Assembly: GCA_964535655.1 (NCBI GenBank) | Contig: CAZHTP010000007.1 | Location: 1 to 60,732, forward strand | Origin: an uncultured Gammaproteobacteria bacterium | Lineage (GTDB): Bacteria; Patescibacteriota; Microgenomatia; JALYQM01 | DNA length: 60,732 bases | Direction: 5' to 3' | In this document: positions 29,193 through 38,699 of the stretch, piece by piece | Layout: every line of letters begins with the position of its first letter | How positions within the stretch are numbered: position 1 is the first letter of the stretch | Notes under the pieces: model-generated | Databases searched by the model: none | What the model was told of the DNA's origin: nothing | Seen by the model: the letters and a program-made list of their open reading frames with translations, nothing else | Made by a program: the position numbers and the translations under genes

Positions 29193-30239
29193 ATGAGCGC
29201 AACGGTTATTTCAATTGTTATTGCCGGGTTAACTACGGGTGGATTAACATGTTTTGCAGTACAAGGAGGTTTACTAACAACCGTACTCTCACAAATCAAA
29301 AAAAAGGAAGGCCTAGAAAAAAACGAGTTAAAGACTAATTTGTTACCAACATTAGCTTTCGTAGGGGCAAAAATTATCACGTATACGATTTTTGGAGCAT
29401 TACTTGGCCTATTTGGATCATTTTTTACCATTAGCACCACGGTTCAGGCATGGTTACAAATAGTTGTTTCGCTGTATATGGTTGGGATCGCCCTTCAACT
29501 TTTAAATATCCACCCTATTTTTCGATACTTCATAATTCAACCACCTGCGTATCTGCAACGGTTAGTTAGAAAAATTGCCAAAGGAAACGATGAATTAACA
29601 ACGCCGATTTTACTAGGAGCATCAACACTAATTATCCCCTGTGGCACTACACTCGCCATGGAAGCACTGGCTGTTTCGAGCGGAAGCTGGCTATTTGGGT
29701 CCTTAATAATGTTCCTTTTCATATCCTCTTCTTCATGGATATTCCTCGCAGTATCACTTGCGGCAGCACAGTTTAATGCGCTATCGCACAGTTACTTTAA
29801 TAAAATTACGGCGGCGCTACTCATGCTCCTGGCCTTAATCTCGCTTAATGGAGGTTTAAACTTACTTGGTTCATCCTATTCAGTAGAAAATTTAGTAGCC
29901 AAAATAAATTCTCCTAAAAAAGAAGTGTTAGCTACTGAATCTAAAAAGAATTCTGGAACGCCAATCGACTACCAAACACAAAAAATTACGATGAAAGTTA
30001 CATCGTCGGGGTACAAGCCAGATAAAACTATTCTTAAAAAAGGGGTACCGGTGGAGTTAACTCTCGTAACAAAAGACAACTATACTTGCGCGATAGCATT
30101 TACCATACCTAAATTAGGGATTCAGAAAGTCCTCTCTCCTACAGGAAGTGAAACGATCGTCTTTACCCCAAATCAGTCAGGCAATCTTGCCTACAGTTGC
30201 TCAATGGGAATGTATCGAGGAAATTTCATAGTAGAATAG
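29193..30239 (+). CDS. DsbD_2/TauE-like permease fused to a C-terminal cupredoxin-like domain
   Basis: TM1 GGLTCFAVQGGLL and TM4 IIPCGTT cysteine motifs. The C-terminal block YTCAIAF...YSCSMGMYRGNFIVE resembles Cupredoxin_1 (C...C.MGM.G). Confidence 0.7.
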   Translation: MSATVISIVIAGLTTGGLTCFAVQGGLLTTVLSQIKKKEGLEKNELKTNLLPTLAFVGAKIITYTIFGALLGLFGSFFTISTTVQAWLQIVVSLYMVGIALQLLNIHPIFRYFIIQPPAYLQRLVRKIAKGNDELTTPILLGASTLIIPCGTTLAMEALAVSSGSWLFGSLIMFLFISSSSWIFLAVSLAAAQFNALSHSYFNKITAALLMLLALISLNGGLNLLGSSYSVENLVAKINSPKKEVLATESKKNSGTPIDYQTQKITMKVTSSGYKPDKTILKKGVPVELTLVTKDNYTCAIAFTIPKLGIQKVLSPTGSETIVFTPNQSGNLAYSCSMGMYRGNFIVE

Positions 30240-30246
30240 GAGCAAT

Positions 30247-30456
30247 ATGATAAAGACACGTATAAAAATATCGGGTATGCACTGTTCAAGTTGTTCAATG
30301 CGCATTGATGGAGATCTTGAAGAAATTTCAGGCGTTAAGAGTTCAGTAACTAATTTTGCGCGCGGCATCGCGGAAATAGAATATGATGAAAATAAAGTAC
30401 AAATTGAGACATTAAAACAAGTTATCCAACAAGCAGGGTATACAGTAGTGCAATAA
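30247..30456 (+). CDS. copZ: Copper chaperone, heavy-metal-associated domain
   Basis: 69 aa with the GMHCSSC motif. Confidence 0.9.
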   Translation: MIKTRIKISGMHCSSCSMRIDGDLEEISGVKSSVTNFARGIAEIEYDENKVQIETLKQVIQQAGYTVVQ

Positions 30457-30464
30457 GAGGGTAT

Positions 30465-30737
30465 ATGATTAAAGAAGACAGTGAGGCTAAAGTAAAAATT
30501 CTTCATAGACTAAAAATAGCCCGAGGGCACTTGAATAAAGTTCTTACGATGGTAGAAGACGATGAGTATTGTGTAGATATTATCCACCAGTCACAAGCGG
30601 TGCAAAAAGCACTCAAAGAAGTCGATAATTTAACATTGGAACAACATCTTAACACTTGTGTTGTGGATCATATCCAAAAAGGGGAAGCAAAGGAATCTAT
30701 CGACGAAATAATGAAGGTTGTACGCAAGACAGGATAA
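30465..30737 (+). CDS. csoR: CsoR-family copper-sensing transcriptional repressor
   Basis: 90 aa. Cys36, His61 and Cys65 (x-C-H-C signature) sit at the same positions as the Cu(I) ligands of characterised CsoR. Confidence 0.9.
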   Translation: MIKEDSEAKVKILHRLKIARGHLNKVLTMVEDDEYCVDIIHQSQAVQKALKEVDNLTLEQHLNTCVVDHIQKGEAKESIDEIMKVVRKTG

Positions 30738-30746
30738 GGAAGTACG

Positions 30747-31388
30747 ATGAAAGTTACCGAAAAAACAGCCAAAGCCTTAACAGTATTAAAAAGACTACGG
30801 CCGGTATATCCTGATGCAAAAATAGCATTAGACTTTGAAAATCCATTCCAACTATTAATCGCCACTATTTTGGCAGCGCAGTCCACCGATTCAGGAGTAA
30901 ACAAGGCGACTCCAGACCTATTTAGAAAATATCCCACCCCGGCAAAAATGGCGAAAGCCACTCGGGAAGAACTTGATGCTTTTATTCTCGATGTAAACTT
31001 TCATTGGAACAAAACAAGATTGATTAAAGATGCAGCTCAAATGATTGTCGAAAAATTTGATGGAAAAGTACCTGATAACATGAAAGACTTAGATTCCTTA
31101 CCAGGTGTCGCTCGGAAAACTGCTAATGTTGTGTTAAGTTGTGCATTCAATAAACCGGATGGAATCATAATTGACACCCATATGATCCGCATGTCCAACC
31201 GTCTCGGCTTAACCACTTCTAAAGATCCTGTTCAAATTGAGAAAGACCTCATGGAAATTGTGCCTAAAGAACACTGGACAGAATTTGCTTTAACCCTCAT
31301 TTTGCACGGTCGCCACTTCTGCACAGCTCGTCCACATACCTGCAAAAATTGTCCCCTTGGCGATTTATGCCCGGATATGCAAAAATAA
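30747..31388 (+). CDS. nth: Endonuclease III (DNA glycosylase/AP lyase)
   Basis: HhH motif LPGVARKTANVV. Fe-S cluster loop CTARPHTCKNCPLGDLC (C-x6-C-x2-C-x5-C). Confidence 0.9.
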   Translation: MKVTEKTAKALTVLKRLRPVYPDAKIALDFENPFQLLIATILAAQSTDSGVNKATPDLFRKYPTPAKMAKATREELDAFILDVNFHWNKTRLIKDAAQMIVEKFDGKVPDNMKDLDSLPGVARKTANVVLSCAFNKPDGIIIDTHMIRMSNRLGLTTSKDPVQIEKDLMEIVPKEHWTEFALTLILHGRHFCTARPHTCKNCPLGDLCPDMQK

Positions 31389-31391
31389 ACT

Positions 31392-32189
31392 ATGCATTCA
31401 ATTTGGACTGGCAATTTAAGCTTTGGATTAATCAATATTCCAATAAAGATTTATAGCGGTACAGCCGGAACCAAAGTGGAGTTTAACATGCTCCATAAAA
31501 CCGATCATTCACCCATTCGCTATGCCAAAGTTTGCCGCCGTGACGGCAAAGAACTCTCCCAGGAAGATATTGTAAAAGGATACGAGTACAAAAGCGGAGA
31601 TTACATAATTTTAACGGATGAAGATTTAAAAAAGCTGAACGCTTCGCGTTCGCAGGCAATCGACATTATAGGTTTTGTAAAAGAAATTGAAATCGATACC
31701 ATTTATTTTGAAAAGCCATATTATTTAGAGCCTGGTAAAGGAGCAGATAAGGCATATTTTGTCTTACGGGAGTCTCTTAAGAAATCTAAAAAAGTTGGAG
31801 TCGCAAAATTTGTAATTCATAGTAGAGAACATTTAGGGATCATTAAACCCCATGAAGAGGTTTTGATTCTTGAACAAATCCGGTATGAAGATCAAATTGC
31901 AGCTTATGAAAAACTAGAAATACCCAAGCATCCAACCATCCGCTCTAAAGAATTAACCGTTGCAACTTCATTTATTGAACACTTAACCGAGCACTTTGAT
32001 CCGAAAGACTATAAAGATACTTTCGAGACAAAAGTAAAAGCATTAATTAAACAGAAATTAAAGGGTGGAAAGATTACAAAGGTTGCTAAAGAAAAAGTCA
32101 TCTCCCCTACTAAAAGCGCTGATCTAATGCTAATGCTGCAAGAAAGTCTTGAAAAAGCCAAGAAAGATCCTCGCGCTTTTCAATTTTAA
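31392..32189 (+). CDS. ku: Ku protein (bacterial NHEJ end-binding protein)
   Basis: N-terminus WTGNLSFGLINIPIKIYSG, 265 aa, basic C-terminal tail. Confidence 0.9.
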   Translation: MHSIWTGNLSFGLINIPIKIYSGTAGTKVEFNMLHKTDHSPIRYAKVCRRDGKELSQEDIVKGYEYKSGDYIILTDEDLKKLNASRSQAIDIIGFVKEIEIDTIYFEKPYYLEPGKGADKAYFVLRESLKKSKKVGVAKFVIHSREHLGIIKPHEEVLILEQIRYEDQIAAYEKLEIPKHPTIRSKELTVATSFIEHLTEHFDPKDYKDTFETKVKALIKQKLKGGKITKVAKEKVISPTKSADLMLMLQESLEKAKKDPRAFQF

Positions 32190-32191
32190 AG

Positions 32192-34651
32192 ATGAGCCTA
32201 AAAGAATATAAAAATAAGCGAAAATTTACTAGTACACCAGAGCCTCAAGGAAGCGAAGAAGCAACACTAAAAGGGCCTCTCACCTATGTTATTCAAAAAC
32301 ATGCAGCAACTCGACTGCATTACGATTTCAGGCTGGAATTCAATGGAGTTTTACTGAGCTGGGCTATCCCCAAAGGTCCCTCGCTTAATCCTCATGACCG
32401 ACATTTGGCAGTGAAAGTAGAGGACCATCCTAAGGAGTATGCCCATTTTGAAGGAATTATTCCTCAGGGAAATTATGGAGCGGGCTCGGTAACGGTCTGG
32501 GATTATGGAGTATATACACCGTATGATTCAATCGACCGTAAGTCAGCAGAAAAAATAATTGAGAAACAATTAAAAGACGGTCATCTAACGTTTATCCTAC
32601 TAGGCAAAAAGCTTAAGGGTGAATACGCGTTAATCAAAACGCGTAATTCCGAAGAAAATGCCTGGATATTAATTAAAAAAGGGGATGATTTCTCCTCACA
32701 AAAGAAAGATATCTTAAAAGATGACAAATCAGCACTAACCGGACGTACAATGAAGGAAATCGCTGAGCAAGCAAATAAAAAAAACGAAGTCTGGTATAGT
32801 AAGCCAAAAATTCTTGATACCCAAGAGGCGCAAAGCGGGGAAATTCCCCACGCGGTTAAACCAATGTTAGCAAACACCGCTACGAAACCATTTGATCGAG
32901 AAAACTGGGTATTTGAAATTAAATATGACGGATATCGTGCAATATCTGAAATTGAAAAAGGAAAAGTCAAAATTTATTCAAGAAATGGTATCTCTTATAA
33001 CAAGAAGTTCAGTCTTCTAGTTCAGTCGCTACAAAAATTTCCGGGAACAACAGTTATCGATGGAGAGATTGTGGTTGTTGATTCGCTAGGCCACCCGCGA
33101 TTTCAATGGCTGCAAGACTTTCCAAATGATCAAGGAGAGCTCATCTACTTTGTTTTTGATATCTTATTCTTGGATGGCAAGGATCTAACAAAATTGCCAC
33201 TCAAAAAGCGTAAAGAAATCCTCAAACAGATCTTACCGCCTTTACCGCACATCAAATTTAGCCGGCACATCAAACGATCCGGGATTGCTATGTATCAACA
33301 AGCAAAAGAATTAGGTATTGAGGGAATTATTGCTAAAAACGCACAGAGCATCTATAGATTAGGGAGACGCACAGATGATTGGCTAAAAATAAAAGCTCAG
33401 AATCGCCAAGAAGTAGTAATCGCCGGATATACAGAGCCTAAAGGCTCTCGTCAATATTTTGGTTCATTAATTGCTGGTTTGTACAAAAAAAATAAACTAA
33501 CCTATATCGGACATATTGGCACCGGCTTTGATGATAAGCGATTAAAAGAGATCTATCATAAACTAAGTGCATTAAAGCAGGCATCATGTCCGTTTAAAAT
33601 TATTCCACAAACAAATGCTCCTGTAACATGGATAGAACCTAAAATATTGGCCGAGGTATCATTTTTAAATTGGACAAAAGACGGACAAATGAGGCATCCT
33701 GTGTTTTTGGGCCTGCGAGAAGATAAAAATGCTACCGACTTTAAAAAAGATCCCGAAATTAAAATCGGCAAGCAAAAAGTATCGCTAACACATCATAATA
33801 AAATATTTTATCCGCAAGAAAAAATCACTAAGGGGGACCTGATCAGTTATTACCGCGAGATGTCTCCACTCATTTTACCGTATTTAAAAAACCGGCCTGA
33901 ATCGTTATTACGATATCCTAATGGAATCAACGGTAATAGTTTTTACCAGAAAGACGCGAGTTTACTTCATGAAGACTGGCTCCCGACTACAAAAGTTTTT
34001 TCAGATTCAAATGGTAAATATATTGAGTATTTATTGTGCCAAGACGAAGCAACCTTGGTATATCTAATCAATCTAGGATGTATCGATCTTAATCCCTGGA
34101 ATTCGCGGGTTGAGAAACTAGAGCATCCCGACTATTTAATTATCGACTTAGACCCCGAAAAAGTTGGTTTTGATGTTGTTGTCGAAGCAGCCCTCGCAAC
34201 ACGTTTAGTTTTAGAAAAACTTAATATCACAAGCTATCCAAAGACATCGGGAGCCACTGGTATCCACATGTATATTCCCCTCGGGGCAAAATACACCTAT
34301 GATCAAACTCGTCAGCTTGCCGAGCTCCTCTGTATAACAATACACAACACAGCTCCTAATATAACAAGTTTAGAACGAAGCCCCAAAAAGCGCCAAGGGT
34401 TGGTATATTTAGACTTCCTTCAAAATCGAAAAGGACAGACACTAGCAAGTGTCTATAGTGTTCGCGCTAGGCCAGGCGCTACCGTTTCAACACCACTAGA
34501 GTGGTCGGAAGTAACAGCTAAGTTACACCCGTCACAGTTTACTATTAAAAACATTCCGGAAAGAATTCAGAAAAAAGGCGATCTTTTTGAAGGGGTTATG
34601 AATAAGGGAATTGATATCAAAAAAGTATTAAAAGCTATTGCTCAACATTAA
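32192..34651 (+). CDS. ligD: ATP-dependent DNA ligase D with domain order phosphoesterase - ligase - polymerase/primase
   Basis: PE block YVIQKHAATRLHYDFRLE, ligase motif I EIKYDGYR, polymerase-domain block SGATGIHMYIPL. 819 aa. Confidence 0.9.
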   Translation: MSLKEYKNKRKFTSTPEPQGSEEATLKGPLTYVIQKHAATRLHYDFRLEFNGVLLSWAIPKGPSLNPHDRHLAVKVEDHPKEYAHFEGIIPQGNYGAGSVTVWDYGVYTPYDSIDRKSAEKIIEKQLKDGHLTFILLGKKLKGEYALIKTRNSEENAWILIKKGDDFSSQKKDILKDDKSALTGRTMKEIAEQANKKNEVWYSKPKILDTQEAQSGEIPHAVKPMLANTATKPFDRENWVFEIKYDGYRAISEIEKGKVKIYSRNGISYNKKFSLLVQSLQKFPGTTVIDGEIVVVDSLGHPRFQWLQDFPNDQGELIYFVFDILFLDGKDLTKLPLKKRKEILKQILPPLPHIKFSRHIKRSGIAMYQQAKELGIEGIIAKNAQSIYRLGRRTDDWLKIKAQNRQEVVIAGYTEPKGSRQYFGSLIAGLYKKNKLTYIGHIGTGFDDKRLKEIYHKLSALKQASCPFKIIPQTNAPVTWIEPKILAEVSFLNWTKDGQMRHPVFLGLREDKNATDFKKDPEIKIGKQKVSLTHHNKIFYPQEKITKGDLISYYREMSPLILPYLKNRPESLLRYPNGINGNSFYQKDASLLHEDWLPTTKVFSDSNGKYIEYLLCQDEATLVYLINLGCIDLNPWNSRVEKLEHPDYLIIDLDPEKVGFDVVVEAALATRLVLEKLNITSYPKTSGATGIHMYIPLGAKYTYDQTRQLAELLCITIHNTAPNITSLERSPKKRQGLVYLDFLQNRKGQTLASVYSVRARPGATVSTPLEWSEVTAKLHPSQFTIKNIPERIQKKGDLFEGVMNKGIDIKKVLKAIAQH

Positions 34652-34673
34652 CAGCAGCATCAATCACTTACCT

Positions 34674-35174
34674 CTATTGAATGTTGGCAAGTAACTCGTC
34701 TATTCCTCCACCAACCCACTTTGTTACTTCTTTTCCTTGTGCATCAATTTGGACAAATGTATGTTGATAAGTAACGCCATACTTTCTCGCAAGGTCTTTT
34801 TCTTCCTGATCAGTATCGGAATCGTTATAATTAACCCTATATAAAGTAACATCATCAGGGATCTTACTTGCGTTCTGCATGAATCCAAGATCCGCGGGCC
34901 TGCACGTTGGGCACCATGAAGCATAAAAAAATATCACGCGACGAGACGTAGGTGCCTCGCTAAAAACAGACTTATTATAGACAACATATCGGGAGCGGGC
35001 TATTTTATCTTCCACAGATTTATCACTACCAGGAGCAGTATCGTTTTTAATTTCTGTTTTATCCTCTCTCACTTTAGGGGTAGACGAGGATAAGTTTTGA
35101 GAATACAAAAACACACCGATACTCAAAATGCTAACAGCAGTAACAATTAAAAATATTGTTATAGAATGTTTCAT
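34674..35174 (-). CDS. Membrane-anchored thioredoxin-fold protein
   Basis: N-terminal TM segment. WCPTC active-site motif. Confidence 0.8.
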   Translation of the reverse strand: MKHSITIFLIVTAVSILSIGVFLYSQNLSSSTPKVREDKTEIKNDTAPGSDKSVEDKIARSRYVVYNKSVFSEAPTSRRVIFFYASWCPTCRPADLGFMQNASKIPDDVTLYRVNYNDSDTDQEEKDLARKYGVTYQHTFVQIDAQGKEVTKWVGGGIDELLANIQ

Positions 35175-35188
35175 ATTGCCAAATGCAG

Positions 35189-35455
35189 TTAAGCTTTATC
35201 ACTCTTATTCCAACGTTTTAAATTAGGAATACCTTTAGTAAAAAACCAGCTAAGAAAAACCGGAAAATGTATCTCTTTCATTTTTTCTCTCACCAGTTCT
35301 TGCATTTTTTTGAGGGGTGTGACAAAGGCATTCCGCAACTCTGACAGTTTTTGTATGCTCCTTGATTCATAACCGCAGTATATCAATTTATTTACTAATT
35401 GTATATCCACAGGGCGTAATACTTCATAAGCAATGCAACAAAGGGGCCTTAGCAT
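35189..35455 (-). CDS. Hypothetical protein (88 aa), uncertain
   Basis: The only long ORF in this gap. No motif and no clear SD. Confidence 0.3.
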   Translation of the reverse strand: MLRPLCCIAYEVLRPVDIQLVNKLIYCGYESRSIQKLSELRNAFVTPLKKMQELVREKMKEIHFPVFLSWFFTKGIPNLKRWNKSDKA

Positions 35456-35489
35456 TACTTATCCAAACAGTTGTGATTAACCTCGAATC

Positions 35490-36152
35490 CTAAGAGGCGG
35501 AGTTTAACTTCGGCTCTCTGAGCAAATATCCAATCATCCAGAATTCTCCAACTGTCGCAATGATAGGAAGCATTTCAACAATTGATTTCTGGTCTGAGAA
35601 AAGAACTGCAATGAAAGTTGATAGGACATATCCAATTCCTCCTACAATCAAGAGCCATCCAAGTAAACGAGGCATTTTTGATTTTATTGCTAAAACACCC
35701 ATAGGTATAAGCCACAATCCAAAAAACAAACCAGAAACTACCCAAATTAACTCATGTAAAGAAAACAGGTTGTAGACTCGGTCTGCAGCCTCATTTGCAA
35801 TCGCAAGGTTTAAGGCGTCAAGCCACATTGCCGATGAGACGAGTATCATTATCGCATTTACCATTCCAAATCCAGCAATCAAACCTGCTTCAAAACTGTC
35901 TACTTTTTTAAAAAGTTTATAAAACCATAGACTCGTGAGTGCTTGAAAGATAACAATACACAATTCAGCAGCCAAACCAAGACGAGCTAGAGCTTCGTTT
36001 TCTATCATGCCAGCCTTGGATAAAGCGGGGTTTTCGGGAAAATAAATAGTTACTTTAGCAAAAGCAAATACAAAAAGCCCCGTTACAGCAAGCCCTAAGT
36101 AGAGCAACCCTGTTATTCGTGTATCTGTTAAATAGGCACCAATTTTATTCAC
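35490..36152 (-). CDS. DUF4386-like integral membrane protein
   Basis: RITGLLYLGLAVTG near the N-terminus and LFFGLWLIPMGVLAIKSKMPRLLGWLLIVGGIGY resemble the DUF4386 pattern. Confidence 0.6.
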   Translation of the reverse strand: MNKIGAYLTDTRITGLLYLGLAVTGLFVFAFAKVTIYFPENPALSKAGMIENEALARLGLAAELCIVIFQALTSLWFYKLFKKVDSFEAGLIAGFGMVNAIMILVSSAMWLDALNLAIANEAADRVYNLFSLHELIWVVSGLFFGLWLIPMGVLAIKSKMPRLLGWLLIVGGIGYVLSTFIAVLFSDQKSIVEMLPIIATVGEFWMIGYLLREPKLNSAS

Positions 36153-36175
36153 AGACTATTCTCCAATGCCTTTTA

Positions 36176-36454
36176 TTATGAGCTCAGATATGTTCGAGCG
36201 TAATTTTGAAATAAAGTACTTGAAAGTAATGAAGATTCAGCTATTGAAATAGTATTCTGTTGATTCAGATCTGAATCCAAATTAAGTAGTAATACTTTTA
36301 TATAGGGCTTAACTTCATTCATGTTTACTTCTGAGACCCGCTTCAGTGCTTCCTGGCTAAAACGATAGCCAACATTATTTGAGCCTCTATAATAGCTTTG
36401 GGCCACTCTTCGCAGATCCATAGCCAATGACTCTATAATTAACTTATTGGTCAT
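36176..36454 (-). CDS. Small alpha-helical hypothetical protein (92 aa)
   Basis: 4-nt ATGA overlap with the upstream gene. No His or Cys residues and no recognised family. Confidence 0.5.
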   Translation of the reverse strand: MTNKLIIESLAMDLRRVAQSYYRGSNNVGYRFSQEALKRVSEVNMNEVKPYIKVLLLNLDSDLNQQNTISIAESSLLSSTLFQNYARTYLSS

Positions 36455-36789
36455 AATATTTCCTTAAAAAAATATTTTGTTAATTCCGCATACTTGTCTC
36501 GAAGATCGGCCGATTGAATTTCATTGCTTGTATTATTATTTGATGGACGAATATTTATAAAAGAATTAAAATCAATAGTATTTGTTTCAAGGTCAATACC
36601 TCCACCCCAAATATCTTTTTGAGCAGAACCTCTCTCAATTAAAATTTGCTCCGATTCAAAATGTCGATCACAACCTGCCGAACATATTTTATGCTCCACA
36701 TCAATTACCGTTTTTATATAAACAACAAACTGCTCTTTCAGGGCATCAATTTCTTGTAAAGTGTACGGCTCAGTCTTTGTAATGATCAT
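36451..36789 (-). CDS. DUF5674-like protein (112 aa)
   Basis: The pattern IKTVIDVEHKI...HFESEQILIERGSAQKDIWGG...NIRPS matches my recollection of DUF5674 proteins. Not verified. Confidence 0.5.
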   Translation of the reverse strand: MIITKTEPYTLQEIDALKEQFVVYIKTVIDVEHKICSAGCDRHFESEQILIERGSAQKDIWGGGIDLETNTIDFNSFINIRPSNNNTSNEIQSADLRDKYAELTKYFFKEIL

Positions 36790-36970
36790 TATTCAATTAT
36801 ACATCAACAGTAGAATGATTGGCATCCCTGAGCCAAAGATCCTTAAGCGAAGCGCTTGATAAATTCAAAATTTCAGATAATCATCTTAAATCAGCGCCAA
36901 GAGCATTATTTTCATTTCTAGGTACAACTATTCGTGGACGGGGTTAGAACCATTTGTATTCAACATTCCA

Positions 36971-37307
36971 TCATTTATTTAATTGCTCCGTCAGTCTAGG
37001 TTTCAGATTATCTTCGAGTGCCTGATCATATGGATAGTTGTATTTAGCGCTAACTTCTTTTGCTACTTTTGTAACAATATCAATAACAACTCTTAGCGAG
37101 GTGCTTGATGATTTGTTGTCATGAAGTAAGTATATCAAACGGTTCTGATCCACGATGTTGGGGACCGTGGATCACGTTAGAACCGCTTGTACTCAATTTT
37201 ACAGTGCTTCCTATAAGCTCTAAGTCAAAATTATTAGTCCAGAAAGGAATGATCCGTTCTCCTACTAAACCAGTTGTCCTCGACAAAATAAAACTGCTAT
37301 AATGCAC
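36971..37307 (-). pseudogene. Two overlapping short minus-strand ORFs in different frames (37307-37119 and 37153-36971). Possibly a frameshifted or decayed gene.
   Basis: 35-nt overlap with a frame change. The flanking 36790-36970 holds only short broken frames. No family recognised. Confidence 0.25.
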
Positions 37308-37314
37308 TCAATAA

Positions 37315-37773
37315 GTGCAAGATACTATCCAAGAGATATTCGATATTGTTGATGAAAATGATGTACCATTAGGCATAACAAAACCGCGCAACGTAGTGCA
37401 TCAAGAATTGAAAGACTGGCATAGAGTTACAGGGATATTTATTCTAAACGATAAAGAAGAGCTTCTCTGTCAACAACGCTCCTTACAAAAAGATGTAAAT
37501 CCTGGACAATGGCAATGCTTTTTTGAAGGGCATCTAAAAACAGGAGAAACTTATTTACAAAATGCCATTATAGAGATCGAAGAAGAACTGGGACTTCAAT
37601 TACATGATACTGAGCTAATTGCCATTGGTAAAGGTACCGATGAAGAACATAAACATCATATCAGATTATTTGTTTATCATTGCCATCATAATAATTTTCA
37701 CTTTAGTGATGGAGAAGTAAACCAGGTCCAATATAGCGAAATTGTAATCGCAAGAATTTTAACAAGAAAGTGA
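37315..37773 (+). CDS. NUDIX hydrolase (IDI/YfcD-like), GTG start
   Basis: The Nudix box GHLKTGETYLQNAIIEIEEELGL fits GX5EX7REUXEEXGU, except that Ile replaces the Arg of RE. The N-terminal part is like the YfcD/IDI subgroup. Confidence 0.8.
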   Translation: MQDTIQEIFDIVDENDVPLGITKPRNVVHQELKDWHRVTGIFILNDKEELLCQQRSLQKDVNPGQWQCFFEGHLKTGETYLQNAIIEIEEELGLQLHDTELIAIGKGTDEEHKHHIRLFVYHCHHNNFHFSDGEVNQVQYSEIVIARILTRK

Positions 37774-37790
37774 CCGTTTTTGAACGGTCT
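37770..37790. repeat. Palindromic hairpin family, copy 2 (GTGACCGTTTTTGAACGGTCT). It contains the NUDIX TGA stop.
   Basis: Read directly. Same GACCGTTT/AAACGGTC arms as copies 1 and 4, with a one-base loop difference. Confidence 0.75.
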
Positions 37791-37937
37791 TGGTTGGTGG
37801 GGAGTAATGAATGTAATTAGAACTGAATATAATTGCTCTAATAATTTTAATTAGGACCAGTTTACTAAAAATTCTTGATTTTTTCTAAGTATATAATAAT
37901 ATGAATGTAACGAATAATTATATATGAAAGGACTTTT

Positions 37938-38438
37938 ATGTCAGAATCATTATCTCCTTTTGAGACTAAACAGTTAAATGAGCTAGAACCTACTCCTGCA
38001 GGGAATTATGATAGCAGACATCATACTGAAGAAGGAGCACAGTACTCATTTGAGGATCGAGTAACAGTAATTGCGCATCCTGACGATATCGCAACATTAT
38101 CAAAAGGATTTGAAGGGGCCACACCAATAGAAACAGATACCAGACAATTTACCGATGTTGAAATAATTCAGCAAGGAGAGCCTGTTAGCGGACTTCTAGA
38201 AATCAGAGTTGGCGATGAATCAAAAACGATAGATTTAAGTGGAAAAGGGTATCTTAGATTTACTCCAAATACATGGCAAAGCACTTGGGGTAGCGCAGTA
38301 AGTGGATATTCAGACAGAGGCTTAACAATAAGCACAAAAGGAGAAAAACCGGTATTTGTAGAATCAGTATTCTCTTCTACCGTTGATAACCAGGAAACTC
38401 CTACAGTTAAGTCTACACACCTTATTCAGGGTAATTAA
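37938..38438 (+). CDS. Acidic hypothetical protein (166 aa), no TM or signal peptide
   Basis: AAAGGA SD-like motif 6-7 nt upstream. Very AT-rich 140-bp promoter region. Followed by a 12-bp-stem hairpin. No family recognised. Confidence 0.55.
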   Translation: MSESLSPFETKQLNELEPTPAGNYDSRHHTEEGAQYSFEDRVTVIAHPDDIATLSKGFEGATPIETDTRQFTDVEIIQQGEPVSGLLEIRVGDESKTIDLSGKGYLRFTPNTWQSTWGSAVSGYSDRGLTISTKGEKPVFVESVFSSTVDNQETPTVKSTHLIQGN

Positions 38439-38459
38439 TAAAACAATAGATTAGAAGAA

Positions 38460-38499
38460 AATTAAGGCTAGGTTGTAACTATTCAGTCTAGCCTTAATT
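38460..38499 (+). terminator. Hairpin AATTAAGGCTAG-N16-CTAGCCTTAATT followed by GTTGTT
   Basis: Perfect 12-bp stem read directly. The U-tract is weak. Confidence 0.5.
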
Positions 38500-38699
38500 G
38501 TTGTTGGGGTGCATAGACAACATTAGAACCTACTACACGAGTCGGTAGCAAAATCCGTAATCTACCTTTTGAAATTTACGATATTCAACTCTCATAAAAC
38601 AAGCTTCGCAAATCTCTTCTTCTTCCACTATTTCCAGCTAGAAATATAGCTACCATTTTGGTAACATCACCTAAATTTTAAAAACTTAAAGCAAATGCT

